64,000 nt of DNA from Candidatus Eiseniibacteriota bacterium (GTDB lineage Bacteria; Eisenbacteria; RBG-16-71-46; JABDJR01): the NCBI GenBank assembly GCA_963762255.1, contig CAVXKA010000001.1, positions 96,001 to 160,000 of the forward strand, given 5' to 3'. The notes under the pieces are model-generated. The model made no database searches. It saw only the letters and a program-made list of their open reading frames with translations, and was not told the origin of the DNA. Position numbers and translations under genes: made by a program. Shown piece by piece: positions 62,701 through 64,000 of this stretch; position 1 is the stretch's first letter, and each line of letters begins with the position of its first letter.

Positions 62701-63876
62701 TCAGAACACCCCCAGGCCCGGAAGCCGGAGGCCGGTGTCGTCGGAGAGATCGAAGAGACGGTTCATCCACTGCACGGCGCCGCCGGCAGCGCCTTTGACC
62801 AGATTGTCGATGACGGAGGTCACGACCAGCGTCCGACCGCGCGTCGCTATGCCGAGGCGGCAGCGATTGGTGCCCACGACCTCGGTGAGCCTGGGCGGGG
62901 TTTCCGTGGCATGCACGAAGGGAGCGCCCGCATAGAACACGTTGAGAATCGCGACCGCCTCCGCGGCGGGCATCGGCTGCTTCAACGTGAGCCGCAGCGT
63001 GGCGTGAATGCCGCGCACGAAGGGCCCCGAGTGCGGCACGAACTCCACCTCGGGCTCGCGCCCGCCGCGGGCCGCACTCAAGAGCATACGCATCTCCGCT
63101 TCATGGCGGTGCACGAGCGGCGCGTACGCGTACATTGCACTTCGCCGCTCCGGATGATGCGTGTTGGCGGTGGGCGCGCGGCCACTCCCCGAGCTTCCCG
63201 TCACCGCCGAGACGAACACGTCGTCCTCGACGAGGCCCGCGGCGAAGAACGGATAGGCGGCGAGCACCGCCGCGGTGGTGAAGCAGCCGGGCTGCGTCGC
63301 ATGCAACGGCGCGGGTCCGGCATGATGCTCCGGCACCGCGCAGGTGAAGGAGGCGGCGCGGTGCGGCGCACGGTGCTCCCGGCCGTAGATCGCCTCGTAC
63401 CGACCGGTGTCGGTGAAGCGGAAATCGGCCGAGAGGTCCACCGCGCGCGGCATCACGCCGCGCTCCTCGAACGCACCAAGAAGCGAGTCGAGCAGCGCCG
63501 CGGTCTCGCCGTGAGGCGTGGCCGCGAATACAGCAATAGGTGCGCCGGGCAGGACCTGATTCAGAGGCTCGGCCGCCCGAGCCGATGACTCGGCGCCGTC
63601 AGCCTGCGCGCTCGACGCAAGCGCATCTACCCCGGAGAAGCGCAACCCCTCGGGAAGCGTCCCCGCCAGGTGCGGGAACGCGTCCGCCACGAACGTGCCG
63701 GCGTGGGTACTCGACGTCACCGCCGCCACGCGAAAGACCGGATGCCCGGCCAGGAGCCGCAGCAATTCACCGGCCACGTACCCCGTGCCGCCGAGCACGA
63801 TCGCAGGCACGGTGGCCCGCGCGGACAGCGACGTCTCCGGCGGCAAGAACGCTGACGCGACCGCGCGGTTAGACAT
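62701..63876 (-). CDS. argC: N-acetyl-gamma-glutamyl-phosphate reductase
   Basis: GGTGYVAGEL, DLSADFR, PGCF, DNLVKGAAG. Confidence 0.95.
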   Translation of the reverse strand: MSNRAVASAFLPPETSLSARATVPAIVLGGTGYVAGELLRLLAGHPVFRVAAVTSSTHAGTFVADAFPHLAGTLPEGLRFSGVDALASSAQADGAESSARAAEPLNQVLPGAPIAVFAATPHGETAALLDSLLGAFEERGVMPRAVDLSADFRFTDTGRYEAIYGREHRAPHRAASFTCAVPEHHAGPAPLHATQPGCFTTAAVLAAYPFFAAGLVEDDVFVSAVTGSSGSGRAPTANTHHPERRSAMYAYAPLVHRHEAEMRMLLSAARGGREPEVEFVPHSGPFVRGIHATLRLTLKQPMPAAEAVAILNVFYAGAPFVHATETPPRLTEVVGTNRCRLGIATRGRTLVVTSVIDNLVKGAAGGAVQWMNRLFDLSDDTGLRLPGLGVF

Positions 63877-64000
63877 CGGTATCTCCCACGATGACAGGCA
63901 TCGCCATGCTCCGCAGCACGAGATCGGCGAGCGCCGGGCCGTTCGAGCGCGCGTTCACCGCGCTCACGCTCGTCTCGCGCTCCACGAGCCGCGTTCCCGC
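63869..64000 (-). CDS. 3' end of an upstream gene cut by the window edge
   Basis: Open frame ...ALADLVLRSMAMPVIVGDTDV-TAA overlapping the argC start; identity not determinable. Confidence 0.45.
   Translation of the reverse strand, partial: AGTRLVERETSVSAVNARSNGPALADLVLRSMAMPVIVGDTDV

Overview
High-GC bacterial chromosome segment. Housekeeping blocks: 0-6.5 kb acyl-CoA dehydrogenase, CoA-transferase A/B, split methylmalonyl-CoA-mutase-family genes and meaB; a 6S-like RNA and yraN; a glycogen debranching enzyme; the ffh-rpsP-khpA-rimM-trmD-rplS cluster; and 57-64 kb an arginine operon of the acetylornithine-carbamoyltransferase type. Two accessory blocks interrupt these. (1) About 13-22.5 kb, between ffh and rpsP: a secreted PLD-like protein, plus an operon of Ser/Thr kinase-beta-propeller, a small peptide with a duplicated LDYGCPPP core, a radical SAM/SPASM enzyme and an M64-type peptidase (candidate new RiPP system). 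(2) About 24-57 kb, a defence-type island: a kinase/GT4/PRTase-kinase-NUDIX operon, a divergent vWA/tubulin-like/transglutaminase operon, and a complete type III-D CRISPR-Cas locus with RT-Cas1, two Cas2, Cas6, two CARF effectors and two arrays, one holding a 119-nt structured spacer. Several single-base frameshifts in conserved genes suggest uncorrected sequencing errors. All protein calls come from motif reading; no searches were run.
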